Origin: Telluria sp.
GTDB taxonomy: Bacteria > Pseudomonadota > Gammaproteobacteria > Burkholderiales > Burkholderiaceae_D
Direction: 5' to 3'
Length of the DNA stretch: 64,000 nucleotides
Assembly (NCBI GenBank): GCA_036402435.1
Contig: DASWSX010000078.1
Coordinates: 5,222-69,221 of the forward strand
This document shows, piece after piece, positions 1 through 10,180 of this stretch. A program made the translations under genes and the position numbers. How positions within the stretch are numbered: position 1 is the first letter of the stretch; each line of letters starts with the position of its first letter. The notes under the pieces are model-generated. The model worked only from the letters and a program-made list of their open reading frames with translations. It was not told where the DNA came from and ran no database searches.

Positions 1-266
1 AACACGATGCCGGCCAGCCAGTTGAAGTTGCCGATGATGTAGGCGAAGGCGCCGACGTAGAGCACCTTGCGGATGAGCTTGGCCATCACGTCATCGCCCT
101 GGCCGGTCGCGTGGCCGAGCGCCCAATAGAGACCGGCCAAGGTCATGTCGATCGCCACCAGCGTCGCGGTCAGGAACGCGACTTCGCCGCGCAGCAGGCC
201 GAAGCCGGAGTCGATGTAGGTGGAGAACGTGTTGAGGAAGCGGTCGATGATGGCGACGTCGTTCAT
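1..266 (-). CDS. trbL: P-type conjugative transfer protein TrbL (VirB6-like), 5' part only
   Basis: ATG at 266 overlaps the stop of the upstream lipoprotein; reads MNDVAIIDRFLNTFSTYIDSGFGLL, a typical TrbL N-terminus; follows trbJ. Confidence 0.88.
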   Translation of the reverse strand, partial: MNDVAIIDRFLNTFSTYIDSGFGLLRGEVAFLTATLVAIDMTLAGLYWALGHATGQGDDVMAKLIRKVLYVGAFAYIIGNFNWLAGIV

Positions 267-556
267 GGCCGGCCCTCCACTGCGGCGATGGGTTCGTCGA
301 AGCTGGCCGGAATCGACGGCAGGTCGGCGAGCGTCTGGTATTCGTCCGGGCCGGCCTGCCCGGAAAGGAAGCGATGCAGGTCGGCTTGCGCGACCCGCGC
401 GCAGAACGCGCCGTCCTGCTCGCCGCGGTGGCACTGCGCGGCGAGCGCGTGCAGCCGCGCCGGGTCGGCGGCGAGCGCATCGACCGACAGCGCCTGCGGC
501 CGGTCGCAGCCGGCCAGCAGGCACGCGAAGGCGAACAGGACGGGCGCGCGATTCAT
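263..556 (-). CDS. TrbK/EexN-like entry exclusion lipoprotein
   Basis: Lipobox LAGC, 97 aa, two further Cys, between trbJ and trbL. Confidence 0.75.
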   Translation of the reverse strand: MNRAPVLFAFACLLAGCDRPQALSVDALAADPARLHALAAQCHRGEQDGAFCARVAQADLHRFLSGQAGPDEYQTLADLPSIPASFDEPIAAVEGRP

Positions 557-567
557 GGCCTTGCCCG

Positions 568-1296
568 TCAGTTGCCGTAGAAGGTGACAGACTGCGGCGT
601 GTACGTCGTGCCCGTGCCGAGGAAGCGCTGCGTCACTTCGCGGCCACGTTCGACGGCGGCGGCCTGCCGTGCCAGTTCCAGCGCCGTCGCGCGGCCCTGC
701 GTGAGCTGGAGCTGCTGCGCCTGGATGGACTGCTTCGCCTGCAGGGCCAGAAGCTGGTTGGTCGCCTGCATAGCCTGCAACGCGCCGGTCGCGGACTGGC
801 TCCGGCTCACCAGGTCGGTCAGCACGCTATCGTCGTCGGACAGGTTCTGCGACACCTGCGCCTGCATCTGCATCGCGGTCTGCAAGCCGTTGAGCGTGTT
901 CTGCCAACGCTGGCGCGCGTCCTGGTACATCTGGTTGCCGCTCACGGTGGCGGCGTACTGCTCCGGGTACAGGCGCGCGAACTCGGCGTTCATGCTCTGC
1001 ACCTCGAACGCCAGTCCCTGCGCCTGCGCGATCAGCCGTTCGGTTGTGGCGAGCGTCGAGCGCAGCCGGTTGACCACGTTGAACGGCAGGCTGGTTAGAT
1101 TGCGCGCCTGGTTCGTCAACATCTGTGCTTCGTTCTGGAGCTGCTGGATCTGGTTGTTGATTTGCTCCAGCGTGCGAACCGCGGTCAGCGTGTTCTGCAC
1201 GAGGTTGGTCGGATCGACGACGACCCATTGCGCCTGCGCAACGGGCATGACACCGAGCAACGCGGCAACAGCGAGGGTGAGAAGGCGAATCTTCAT
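568..1296 (-). CDS. trbJ: Conjugative transfer protein TrbJ (VirB5-like)
   Basis: Signal peptide, VVDPTNLVQN motif, Gln-rich coiled coil; ATG overlaps trbE stop. Confidence 0.92.
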   Translation of the reverse strand: MKIRLLTLAVAALLGVMPVAQAQWVVVDPTNLVQNTLTAVRTLEQINNQIQQLQNEAQMLTNQARNLTSLPFNVVNRLRSTLATTERLIAQAQGLAFEVQSMNAEFARLYPEQYAATVSGNQMYQDARQRWQNTLNGLQTAMQMQAQVSQNLSDDDSVLTDLVSRSQSATGALQAMQATNQLLALQAKQSIQAQQLQLTQGRATALELARQAAAVERGREVTQRFLGTGTTYTPQSVTFYGN

Positions 1297-3743
1297 GGTG
1301 AAATCTCCTGTGGTTGGGGAGCGAGGAAGGACGCGGCAGATGGCGCGGATGGCAGCAGGTCGGCCGCCCAATCGAGGCCGCGATGGCGCAACCAAGCGCC
1401 GGCAAAGCCCGGCGCTCCGGCGTCGCGCAGCACGCCGTCGATGGCGCGCTGGTCTTGGGGCGTCGAGGCACCCGCGAACGCGAGTGCGACCGGCCCCAGG
1501 TCGAGGTCGAACAGGCGATTGCCTGAGCGGGATTGGTAGTAGTAGTCGCGCTTGGGCTGCGCGGTGGCGACGATCTCAATCTGCCGGCTGTTGAGGCCGA
1601 AGCCTTCGTAGATCGCGCGAATCTGCGGCTCGGTCGCCTGCGGGTTCGGCAGGAAGATGCGGCTGGCGCAGCTCTCGATGATCGCCGGCGAGATGCTGGA
1701 ATCCTTGATGTCCGCCAGCGACTGCGTGGCGAAGATGACGCTGACGTTCTTCTTGCGCAGCGTCTTGAGCCACTGGCGGATGCGCGCGGCGAATACTGGG
1801 TCATCGAGGAACAGCCAGGACTCGTCGAGGACCAGCAGCGTCGGCGCGCCGTCGAAACGCTCCTCGAAGCGCGCGAACAGATAGCCCAGCACGGCCAGCA
1901 CCGCGGCCTTGCTGTGCATCAGCTCCTCCATCTCGAAGCACTGCACATCGGCGCCGCCCAAGCGGTCGTGGTCGGCGTCGAGGAGCTTGCCGTGGGCGCC
2001 GCCGAGCACGTAGGGCGCGAGCGCCTGCCGCAGCGCGTTCGATTGCAGCAGCACCGACAGGCCCGTGAGCGTGCGCTGTTCAACCGGCGCGCCGGCCAGA
2101 CTGCCGAGCGCCGACCAGATGGCCGCCTTCTCGTCGGGGCCGACGGCGACGCCTTCGTGCGACAGGCGGCCTTCGACCCATTCGGCCGCCCAGGTGCGAT
2201 AGCCCTCCTGGTCGATGCGCGCGAGCGGCTGGAACGCGATCGCGCCATCGGCGCCCAGGTCGTAATACTCGCCACCTAGGCCCAGCGCCGTTGCCCGCAT
2301 GGAGCGCCCCATGTCGAAGGCGAAGATGCGCGAACCGCGATAGCGGCGGAACTGCATCGCCAGCGTGGCGAGCAGGACGGATTTGCCCATGCCGGTCGGG
2401 CCGGCGACCAGCGTGTGCCCCACGTCGCCGACGTGCGTCACCAGCCGGAACGGCGTCGCGCCTTCGGTGCGAGTGACGATCAGCGGCGGGCCGTCGAGAT
2501 GCGCGTTCTTCTCCGGACCGGCCCACACCGCCGACACCGGCATCAGGTGCGCCAGGTTCAGCGTCGACACGATGGGCTGACGCACGTTGGCGTAGGCGTT
2601 GCCCGGCACCGACGACAACCACGCCTCCACGGAATTGAGAGTTTCGGGAATGGTCACGAAGCCCCGGCCCTGGATGACTCGCTCCACCCTGCGCAGCTTC
2701 TCGTCGGCCACGTCGGCGTCGGCATCGAGCACCGTCACTGTGGCAGTGACGTAGCCAAAGGCCACTTGGTCGCTGCCCAACTCCTGCAGGGCGGCGTCCG
2801 CATCGGCGGCCTTGTTGCTGGCGTCGGAATCGACCAGCGGACTTTCCTGTTGGAAGATCGTCTCGCGCAGCAAGGCCAGGACGTTCTTGCGCTTGGCGAA
2901 CCACTGGCGGCGCAGGCGGCCGAGTTCCTTTTCAGCCTCTGCCTTGTCCATGCACAGGAAGCGCGTGCTCCAGCGGTAGGCGAAGCCCAGCCGGTTGAGG
3001 TCATCGAGAATCCCCGGCCAGGTCAAGGTCGGGAAACCGCGCACCGTCACCACGCGCAGGTGTGCGTCGCCCAGCATCGGTGCCAGCCCGCCAATCAGCG
3101 GCATGTCGGCCAGCAGCGCGTCGAGATGGAACGGCACGGCCGGCACGCCGATGCGGTAGCGCCGCGTCGAGACGGTAGCGTGCAGGTAGGTCAGCGTTTC
3201 GGCGTCATCGAGCCAGTCGATTTCCGGCATGACGCCATCGAGCAAGTCGAAGATGCGCCCGGTTTCCGCGACGAACGCGGTCAGGCGTTCGCGCCAATCC
3301 ACGCCGGCAGTCGGCGTGTTCTCGTAGAGCAGCTCGGCCGCGCGGGCGCGGGATTCCTCCGGTGGCAGGTATTGCAGCGTGAGGTGATAGCCGCTCTCGA
3401 AGTGGTTGCCCGATTCTTCGAAGGTCGCGCGGCGCTCCTCGTCCACCAGCCAGGACAGCGGTTCGGGGAAGTCCGAGTGCGGATAGTCCGCCGCCGGGCG
3501 GCGCTCGGCCTCGACGAACAGCGCCCAGCCGGCACCGAGCCGGCGCAGCGCATTATTCAAGCGCGCCGTCGTGGCGATCAACTCGCCTTGCGTCGCGCTG
3601 TCCAGGTCGGGACCACGGAACCGCGCCGTGCGCTGGAACGAACCATCCTTGTTGAGCACGACGCCGGGTGCGACCAGGCCGGCCCACGGCAGCCAGTCGG
3701 CGAGCAAGGCCGGGCGCTGGCGGTATTCGGCGAGATTCAGCAT
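1293..3743 (-). CDS. trbE: Conjugal transfer ATPase TrbE (VirB4)
   Basis: 816 aa; Walker A GPTGMGKS, Walker B LVLDE, FATQS. Confidence 0.96.
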   Translation of the reverse strand: MLNLAEYRQRPALLADWLPWAGLVAPGVVLNKDGSFQRTARFRGPDLDSATQGELIATTARLNNALRRLGAGWALFVEAERRPAADYPHSDFPEPLSWLVDEERRATFEESGNHFESGYHLTLQYLPPEESRARAAELLYENTPTAGVDWRERLTAFVAETGRIFDLLDGVMPEIDWLDDAETLTYLHATVSTRRYRIGVPAVPFHLDALLADMPLIGGLAPMLGDAHLRVVTVRGFPTLTWPGILDDLNRLGFAYRWSTRFLCMDKAEAEKELGRLRRQWFAKRKNVLALLRETIFQQESPLVDSDASNKAADADAALQELGSDQVAFGYVTATVTVLDADADVADEKLRRVERVIQGRGFVTIPETLNSVEAWLSSVPGNAYANVRQPIVSTLNLAHLMPVSAVWAGPEKNAHLDGPPLIVTRTEGATPFRLVTHVGDVGHTLVAGPTGMGKSVLLATLAMQFRRYRGSRIFAFDMGRSMRATALGLGGEYYDLGADGAIAFQPLARIDQEGYRTWAAEWVEGRLSHEGVAVGPDEKAAIWSALGSLAGAPVEQRTLTGLSVLLQSNALRQALAPYVLGGAHGKLLDADHDRLGGADVQCFEMEELMHSKAAVLAVLGYLFARFEERFDGAPTLLVLDESWLFLDDPVFAARIRQWLKTLRKKNVSVIFATQSLADIKDSSISPAIIESCASRIFLPNPQATEPQIRAIYEGFGLNSRQIEIVATAQPKRDYYYQSRSGNRLFDLDLGPVALAFAGASTPQDQRAIDGVLRDAGAPGFAGAWLRHRGLDWAADLLPSAPSAASFLAPQPQEISP

Positions 3744-3758
3744 CGCAGCAATCTCCCG

Positions 3759-4028
3759 TCACACGTCCAGCAGCGGCTTGTGCTTGATGTGCCGGGCGAA
3801 CACGGGCATGAACTGCGTATCGACGCGCGCACCCCATACCGCCAGCGAATGGCCGACGATCCACAGCACGACGCCGGGAATCCAGAGTTGCAGGCCCAAG
3901 CCCACGGCGGCGGCCAGCGTGCCGTTGGCGATCGCCACGGTGCGCGGCGCGCCGCCCAGCAGGATCGGCTCGGTCAGCGAGCGATGCAGCGGCACCTCGA
4001 AGCCTGGCAGGTCGGTGGCCGTGCTCAT
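3759..4028 (-). CDS. trbD: TrbD (VirB3 family)
   Basis: EVPLHRSLTEPILLGGAPR motif, small hydrophobic protein between trbC and trbE. Confidence 0.92.
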   Translation of the reverse strand: MSTATDLPGFEVPLHRSLTEPILLGGAPRTVAIANGTLAAAVGLGLQLWIPGVVLWIVGHSLAVWGARVDTQFMPVFARHIKHKPLLDV

Positions 4029-4408
4029 ACGACGGCCCCGCCGGAGAAGCTGAAGAACGACAGGAAGAACGAGGACGCCGCGAAGGCGATGCTCAACCCG
4101 AACACGATCTGGATCAGCTTGCGGAAGCCGCCCGACGTGTCGCCGAAGGCCAGCGCGAGGCCGGTAGCGATGATGATGATGACGGCGACGATGCGCGCGA
4201 CCGGCCCCTGGATGGATTCGAGAATGGACTGCAGCGGGCCTTCCCAAGGCATCGAGGAGCCGGCGGCCTTCGCCGTGCCGGCCGTCATCAGCATCGCGGC
4301 GGCCAGCATCAGGCCGTGATGCGCTGGCCTGGCCAGGCGGCGCAGACGCGCCAAACACGAAGCTGGATTTACGGAAATGCGGAAAGCATGGGCATGCGTC
4401 TGCGTCAT
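4025..4408 (-). CDS. trbC: TrbC pilin (VirB2 family)
   Basis: MPWEGPLQSILESIQGPVA and two hydrophobic helices. Confidence 0.93.
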   Translation of the reverse strand: MTQTHAHAFRISVNPASCLARLRRLARPAHHGLMLAAAMLMTAGTAKAAGSSMPWEGPLQSILESIQGPVARIVAVIIIIATGLALAFGDTSGGFRKLIQIVFGLSIAFAASSFFLSFFSFSGGAVV

Positions 4409-5430
4409 GGCAGTTCTCCAGAGAGGTCGGGGGACGGGGAAGACAGCGGCAGCTCAGGAAGCGGTGGTTGCAGCGCATCCGCCAGGCGGTAGCCCACGCC
4501 ATCGAAGCCGAGGACGCGAGCGATGCTCTCGATGCGACGGCGCCGGCCGCGGCCGGCGATGTGGATGACGACGTTGACGGCCTCGGCGACGAGCGCCTGC
4601 GGCGGGTTCACGGCCACTTCGAGAATCAGTTGCTCCAGGCGCAGCAGCGCGCCCAGCGCGGAGCCTGCATGGATCGTGGCGATGCCACCCGGATGGCCGG
4701 TGCCCCATACCTTGATGAGATCCAGCGCCTCACCACCACGCACCTCGCCGACGATCACGCGGTCGGGGCGCAGGCGCATCGTGGCGCGCACCAGCTCGGT
4801 CATGGACACGACGCCGGCGCGCGTGCGCAGCGGCACGTGGTCGCGCGCCGCGCATTGCAGTTCCACCGTGTCTTCGAGCACCAGCACGCGGTCGCCGGTG
4901 GCGGCAATTTCTGCGAGCAAGGCATTGGCAAGCGTGGTCTTGCCGGTGCTGGTGCCACCGGCGATCAGGACGTTCTGCCGCTCGCGCACCGCGCCGCGCA
5001 GGAACGCAGCCTGCTCGGCGGTCATCATTCCGTCGGTGACGTAGCGCTCCAGCGGGATGACACCGACCGCGCGCTTGCGCAGCGCGAATGCCGGCCCTGG
5101 CGCCGCCGGCGGCAGGATGCCCTCGAAGCGCTCACCGGTTTCCGGCAGCTCGGCGGTCAACAGCGGTTGGCCGCGATGCACTTCCGCGCCGACGTGGGCG
5201 GCGACCAGGCGGATGATGCGTTCGCCGTCCGCCTCGGACAGTTCCGCGCCAAGCGGCGCGCGACCCGACGACAGCCGGTCGACCCAGAGCGTATGGTCGG
5301 GGTTGAGCATGATCTCCACCACGTCCGGGTCTTCGAGCGCGGCGGCGATCAGCGGCCCCATCGCCGTGCGCAACATGCGGATGCGCCGGTCGAGCGAGGT
5401 GGTGGCGAAGGACCGTGGCACGGTGCTCAT
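4405..5430 (-). CDS. trbB: Conjugative transfer ATPase TrbB (VirB11)
   Basis: GGTSTGKTT, MRLRPDRVIVGEVRG, TGHPG motifs. Confidence 0.96.
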   Translation of the reverse strand: MSTVPRSFATTSLDRRIRMLRTAMGPLIAAALEDPDVVEIMLNPDHTLWVDRLSSGRAPLGAELSEADGERIIRLVAAHVGAEVHRGQPLLTAELPETGERFEGILPPAAPGPAFALRKRAVGVIPLERYVTDGMMTAEQAAFLRGAVRERQNVLIAGGTSTGKTTLANALLAEIAATGDRVLVLEDTVELQCAARDHVPLRTRAGVVSMTELVRATMRLRPDRVIVGEVRGGEALDLIKVWGTGHPGGIATIHAGSALGALLRLEQLILEVAVNPPQALVAEAVNVVIHIAGRGRRRRIESIARVLGFDGVGYRLADALQPPLPELPLSSPSPDLSGELP

Positions 5431-5891
5431 GACGCACGCTCCTGCGCCTGGGCCAGCGCTGCCGCATCGTCCAGCCGCGCGGTATCCGGCTGCAGTTCCT
5501 CCACCACGTCGCGCACCAGGCTGCGCCCACGCAGCAGGTGGCGGCCAAGCTGTTCGACGAACTGCTCGAAGCGTGCCTTGCCCTGTGCGCGGGCTGCTTC
5601 CTGATGGGCTTCTGGAACAGGCGTGCTGACCGTCAGGAAGTAGCGGACGAACAGGGCCAGCGTCTCGATGGCGATGTTCTGGTCGCGCTCCAGGCGCTCG
5701 AATTGCCGCGTCAGCCGGTCGAGCCGCTTAGCGATGGCCGCCTCGCGCTGGTCGCCGGCGTCGGGCGACAACCAGGACGCCAGCGCCGCCGCGACGATGG
5801 ACGACTTGGACACGCCTTTCTTGGCAGCCAGCTCGTCGAGGCGCTTGGCGTGCTCGCGCGGAATGAACAGATTGAGGCGGTACTGGCTCAT
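5427..5891 (-). CDS. CopG/ribbon-helix-helix family protein
   Basis: N-terminal RHH pattern (RLNLFI...LDELAAKKGVSKSSIV); conserved position between traG and trbB. Confidence 0.8.
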   Translation of the reverse strand: MSQYRLNLFIPREHAKRLDELAAKKGVSKSSIVAAALASWLSPDAGDQREAAIAKRLDRLTRQFERLERDQNIAIETLALFVRYFLTVSTPVPEAHQEAARAQGKARFEQFVEQLGRHLLRGRSLVRDVVEELQPDTARLDDAAALAQAQERAS

Positions 5892-7894
5892 AGCTGGATT
5901 CCGTCGTCGGGGTCGAGGGACGCCAACCGAGCCGTGCGCTGCATGGCCGGGTCGAGCTGGCGAGGAAGCGGGAGCGGCAGGTCGTCGTCATCGAGCAGCG
6001 CCAGGTCGCTGTCGGCGGGCCGCGGTTCGGGGCTGTATTCGGCGACCTCGGATAGCTCCGGCTGCCGGCGCGGGCCGCCGTCGTCGGCGGTGCCGGTGTC
6101 GCCGTCGGCCAGGCCTGAGGCCGTGACGGGTGCCGCCGGCATGACGGGAATCGCCAGCCAGCTCCAGTCGTCAGGCCGGGCCGGCGGCATGTCGGTATAG
6201 CGCCCGGCAGCGAGTGCAGGCGGCAGCAGTACGCGCCGCTTGAAATTGGCGTCGGCGTAGTAGCGCAGTTTCTTCGCGCGGATCGGTGCCACGCTGGACA
6301 CCATCACCACGGCCTCGTCGGGCGGGAGTTGCATCACCTCGCCGGGCGTCAACAGCGGGCGGGCCGTCTCTTGCCGCGACACCATCAGGTGCCCCAGCCA
6401 CGGCGCCAGCCGATGGCCGGCGTAGTTGCGCTGCGCGCGTAGCTCCGTGGCGGTGCCCAGCGTCTCGGAGATCCGCTTGGCCGTGCGTTCGTCGTTGGTG
6501 GCGAACGTCACCCGCACATGGCAGTTGTCGAGGATGGAATGGTTCTGGCCGTAGGCCTTGTCGATCTGGTTGAGCGACTGCGCGATGAGGAAGCTGCGGA
6601 TGCCGTAGCCGGCCATGAAGGCGAGCGCCGTCTCGAAGAAATCGAGCCGGCCCAGCGCCGGGAACTCGTCGAGCATCAAGAGCAGCTTGTGGCGGCGTGC
6701 GATGCCGTCGCTGCCGTCGAGCGATTCGGTCAGGCGGCGGCCAATCTGGTTGAGGATCAGCCGCACCAGCGGTTTGGTGCGACTGATATCCGAAGGCGGC
6801 ACCACCAGGTACAACGAGACGGGATGCTCGGCAGCGATCAGGTCGGCGATGCGCCAGTCGCAGCGCGAGGTGACTTCGGCCACCGTGGGGTCGCGATACA
6901 GGCCCAAGAAGGACATGGCGGTGCTCAACACGCCGGAACGCTCGTTGTCCGACTTGTTGAGAACCTCACGCGCAGCCGACGCGACGACAGGATGCGGCGC
7001 GTCGCCCAAGTGCCGCGTCGTCATCATCCGATGCAGCGTCAGCTCGAACGGACACGCCGGGTCGGAGAGGAAGTTGGCGACGCCGCGCAACGTCTTGTCC
7101 TCGCCTGCGTAGAGCACGTGCAGGATGGCGCCGACCAGCAGCGCGTGCGAGGTCTTCTCCCAGTGGTTGCGGCGCTCCAGCGCGCCTTCGGGATCGACGA
7201 GGATGTCCGCGATGTTCTGCACGTCGCGCACTTCATGTGCGCCGCGCCGGACTTCCAGCAGCGGGTTGTAGGCCGCCGACTTCGGATCGGTGGGGTTGAA
7301 CAGCAGGCAGTGCGAGAAACGCGAGCGCCAGCCGGCAGTGATCTGCCAGTTCTCGCCCTTGATGTCGTGGATGACGGCCGAGGCGGGCCAGCTCAACAGC
7401 GTGGGCACCACCAGCCCAACGCCCTTGCCGGAGCGCGTCGGCGCGAAGGTCAGGACGTGCTCCGGTCCTTCATGCCGTAGGTACTGACCGCGATGCAGAC
7501 CGAGGAAAACGCCGTCCGATTTGTCCAGGCCAGCCTTGCGAATGTCTCCGGCATCAGCCCAACGCGCGGAACCATAGGTCGTGACCAGCTTCGACTGCCG
7601 CGAACGCCAGACGGACATGGCGATCGCGACCACCACGGCCACCAGACCGCTACCGCCTGCGATGGCGCCGCCGGTGTCGAAGACGCGCGGTGCATAGGCG
7701 CCGTAGAAGTACCACCACTCGAACAGCCGCCAAGGGAGATAGATCGGCGTGCCGAAGAAGTCGAACCAGGGCGAACCCAGGCGTACCTGATAGCCCAGGG
7801 CGGCGGCTGTCCATTGCGTGGCACCCCACACGCCGGCGATCACGATGCCGAACACGACACCGATTTGCCCGAACAGCACGCCTTGACCCTGCAT
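5888..7894 (-). CDS. traG: Type IV coupling protein TraG/VirD4
   Basis: APTRSGKGVG, DIKGE, LDEFPALG motifs; N-terminal TM segments. Confidence 0.95.
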   Translation of the reverse strand: MQGQGVLFGQIGVVFGIVIAGVWGATQWTAAALGYQVRLGSPWFDFFGTPIYLPWRLFEWWYFYGAYAPRVFDTGGAIAGGSGLVAVVVAIAMSVWRSRQSKLVTTYGSARWADAGDIRKAGLDKSDGVFLGLHRGQYLRHEGPEHVLTFAPTRSGKGVGLVVPTLLSWPASAVIHDIKGENWQITAGWRSRFSHCLLFNPTDPKSAAYNPLLEVRRGAHEVRDVQNIADILVDPEGALERRNHWEKTSHALLVGAILHVLYAGEDKTLRGVANFLSDPACPFELTLHRMMTTRHLGDAPHPVVASAAREVLNKSDNERSGVLSTAMSFLGLYRDPTVAEVTSRCDWRIADLIAAEHPVSLYLVVPPSDISRTKPLVRLILNQIGRRLTESLDGSDGIARRHKLLLMLDEFPALGRLDFFETALAFMAGYGIRSFLIAQSLNQIDKAYGQNHSILDNCHVRVTFATNDERTAKRISETLGTATELRAQRNYAGHRLAPWLGHLMVSRQETARPLLTPGEVMQLPPDEAVVMVSSVAPIRAKKLRYYADANFKRRVLLPPALAAGRYTDMPPARPDDWSWLAIPVMPAAPVTASGLADGDTGTADDGGPRRQPELSEVAEYSPEPRPADSDLALLDDDDLPLPLPRQLDPAMQRTARLASLDPDDGIQL

Positions 7895-8116
7895 CCCAGC
7901 CTCCGCTTTCTCCCGTGTGGCATGCGGCACAAAGGCGTGCCGCAACCGCGAGAATCGAGGTCAGGTCAAGGGCCGGTCAAAGACCGTTATCGGGACAAAG
8001 GTCGAGTAAAAAGCAAGATTTCGTGCGAGGGAGAATGGCAGGAAAACGCTGCAAGCATGGGCGAACTGCGGCGTGTCGAGCGACGAAGCGGAAGATCGGT
8101 GGCTATTCGCCCACGG

Positions 8117-8392
8117 TCAGAATTTCGGCTGCTCCTTCGGCGGCGTGTATGGGGTTTCGCCATCACCCATGAAGCGCCGATTCGTCGCCTCGGCCACGCG
8201 GTTGCAGAGTTCATCGCCCAGCTTGGCGCGGTCGGTCTTGCACTGCTGTCGCAGTTCCTTCAGGCGTCCGGGATTGGCTGCGAGCGATTCCACCGTTTCG
8301 ATGGGCACAGACTTGCCACTCGTCTCGGTCGGCTCGGGTTTTCCGCAAGCCGCCAGCATTGCAGCAAACAGAAGTGGGATGATCTTCTTCAT
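8117..8392 (-). CDS. EexN-family entry exclusion lipoprotein
   Basis: Lipobox LAAC; ETVESLAANP...C...C pattern shared with 263..556. Confidence 0.75.
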   Translation of the reverse strand: MKKIIPLLFAAMLAACGKPEPTETSGKSVPIETVESLAANPGRLKELRQQCKTDRAKLGDELCNRVAEATNRRFMGDGETPYTPPKEQPKF

Positions 8393-9345
8393 GGCTCGAT
8401 CTCCTCTGGTGGGTCAGTTCGTTCTCGCATAGCAGAGACTTTTCCTCTTGGTGGTTCAATGGCATAGACTCGTTCGATGAAACGAGCCAGGGCATCCGAC
8501 GGCTCTTTGTCCACGCGCAACAGGTAAGTCGTGAGCACGTGTGAACGGTCAGCAAGTGGACGGGCAACCACGCTTGGTTCGCGGCTGGCGGCAATCTGCG
8601 ACGCGCCCGCCAAGCCCAGCGCAAAGCCAGCCGATACCAGAGTCATCATCAGATCGAACGACGCAACTCGTTCGGCGATCAACGGCTCCAGACTCGATTG
8701 ACGCAAAGCGCGGTCAATTTGGCGGGCATGCCCTTCGCATGTATGCGGATCGCAGAGTGCCAAGGGATAGCGCAGCATCTCGTCCAGAGGTATGCGCTTA
8801 TACGCGAGCAAGGGGTGACGTGCAGGCACCGCCACCATCAATTGATCGTGCCAAATGGGCTCTGCAAGGAGCCCATCACCAACTTCATCCAACTGAGCAA
8901 AGCCAACGTCGTAGAGATCTTCGTGCAGTCCCTTGAGCTGCTGCGACAAGGGAATCTCGGTCAAGCGAATCTCGATCTCAGGCTCCTCCTGTCGGCAAAG
9001 TGCCAAGAGAGCCGAGAAGCAAGTCGGCGTGATGCCATCAGATAAAGCGATGCGCAATTGGCCGTGGAAGCCGTTGGCAGCGGCTTTCACACTGTCACGA
9101 GCCTGCTGCAGCGAGGCAAATACACGAGGCACGTGTTCCAGGAACATTCGGCCCGCGCGCGTCAGTCGGGTACTGCGGGTCGTGCGCGCGAATAGCTGAA
9201 CGCCCAGATCCTCTTCTAGCTCTTTGATGGCACGCGAAAGCGGCGACTGCTCAATGTGCAGTTTCTCAGCCGCCCGCGCGAAGTGAAGCTCTTCGGCTAC
9301 GGCCATGAAGCATCGCAGATGCCTGATCTCCATCGCGGAATCCAT
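8389..9345 (-). CDS. LysR-family transcriptional regulator
   Basis: LRCFMAVAEELHFARAAEKLHIEQSPLSRAIKELE HTH. Confidence 0.95.
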   Translation of the reverse strand: MDSAMEIRHLRCFMAVAEELHFARAAEKLHIEQSPLSRAIKELEEDLGVQLFARTTRSTRLTRAGRMFLEHVPRVFASLQQARDSVKAAANGFHGQLRIALSDGITPTCFSALLALCRQEEPEIEIRLTEIPLSQQLKGLHEDLYDVGFAQLDEVGDGLLAEPIWHDQLMVAVPARHPLLAYKRIPLDEMLRYPLALCDPHTCEGHARQIDRALRQSSLEPLIAERVASFDLMMTLVSAGFALGLAGASQIAASREPSVVARPLADRSHVLTTYLLRVDKEPSDALARFIERVYAIEPPRGKVSAMRERTDPPEEIEP

Positions 9346-9425
9346 TCATTTGGTCGCCGCCGCCCCAGTCAGCGGTCGCGATCGCCTCGGTTGGAAAAGA
9401 CAAGGGTGGTTGGCAAGCTCTGTTT

Positions 9426-9446
9426 TGTACTGTATAGTACAGTACA
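9426..9446. promoter_or_regulatory. Perfect inverted repeat, likely TetR operator
   Basis: TGTACTGTA-TAG-TACAGTACA in the divergent lysR/tetR intergenic region. Confidence 0.7.
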
Positions 9447-9473
9447 TCTAGAAATCAACAAAGGCGAACCGAC

Positions 9474-10130
9474 TTGGCTGACAAAGAGCGAACTCTCCCT
9501 CCCAAGCACCGGACGGCGAAAGGGGCTCAGCGCCTGCGGGATCTGACTTCCGTGGCGGCGGAGCTGTTTCTTGAGCGCGGCTTCGATGGCGTGGCCGTGG
9601 ATGACCTGATCAATCGCGTCGGCGGCTCGCGCAGCACCATCTACAGCCACTTTGGTGGCAAGGAAGGCTTGTTCAAGGAGGCGATGATTCGCCTGTGCGC
9701 GGAAGTGGCGAAGCCGCTGGAACAGCTAAACATCGCCGGGGAACCCTCAGATGTACTTCCACGCCTGGGCAGGCAGTTGCTGAAGTCGGCGCTGTCTCCA
9801 CGTACCTTGGCGCTGCACCGGTTACTGGTCAACGAGGGGCGGCGCTTTCCCGATGTCGCGCAAGCCATGTGGGACGTCAGCTACGGCAAGGCCGTAGGCA
9901 TTCTGGCGGCATGGATCGCGCAACAGCAGCGGCCCGGACAGGGGCTCTCAAGCGCGGTGCCCGCCAAGTCGCTGGCCGAACAGTTCATCAGCATGGTGGC
10001 CAGCAATGCAAAGCTGCGCGCAGCCTCGGGCCTGGCCTCCGCTCCGTTGTCCGATGGCGAGGTCGACGAGATCGTCAGCCAAGCCGTCAGTACTTTCCTC
10101 CACGGCGCGTCCCTCGGGGCGCCCAAGTAG
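9474..10130 (+). CDS. TetR/AcrR-family regulator
   Basis: AAELFLERGFDGVAVDDLINRVGGSRSTIYSHFGGKEGLF HTH; TTG start. Confidence 0.92.
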   Translation: MADKERTLPPKHRTAKGAQRLRDLTSVAAELFLERGFDGVAVDDLINRVGGSRSTIYSHFGGKEGLFKEAMIRLCAEVAKPLEQLNIAGEPSDVLPRLGRQLLKSALSPRTLALHRLLVNEGRRFPDVAQAMWDVSYGKAVGILAAWIAQQQRPGQGLSSAVPAKSLAEQFISMVASNAKLRAASGLASAPLSDGEVDEIVSQAVSTFLHGASLGAPK

Positions 10131-10180
10131 CGGCCGCCAGGTCCGCATTCGTCAGACGCAAACATCCCGGGGAACAACGC

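Noticed and set aside
9430-9442. CTGT...ACAG as a LexA box
   Set aside because: Spacer is 5 nt, not 8; better explained as part of a TetR operator palindrome
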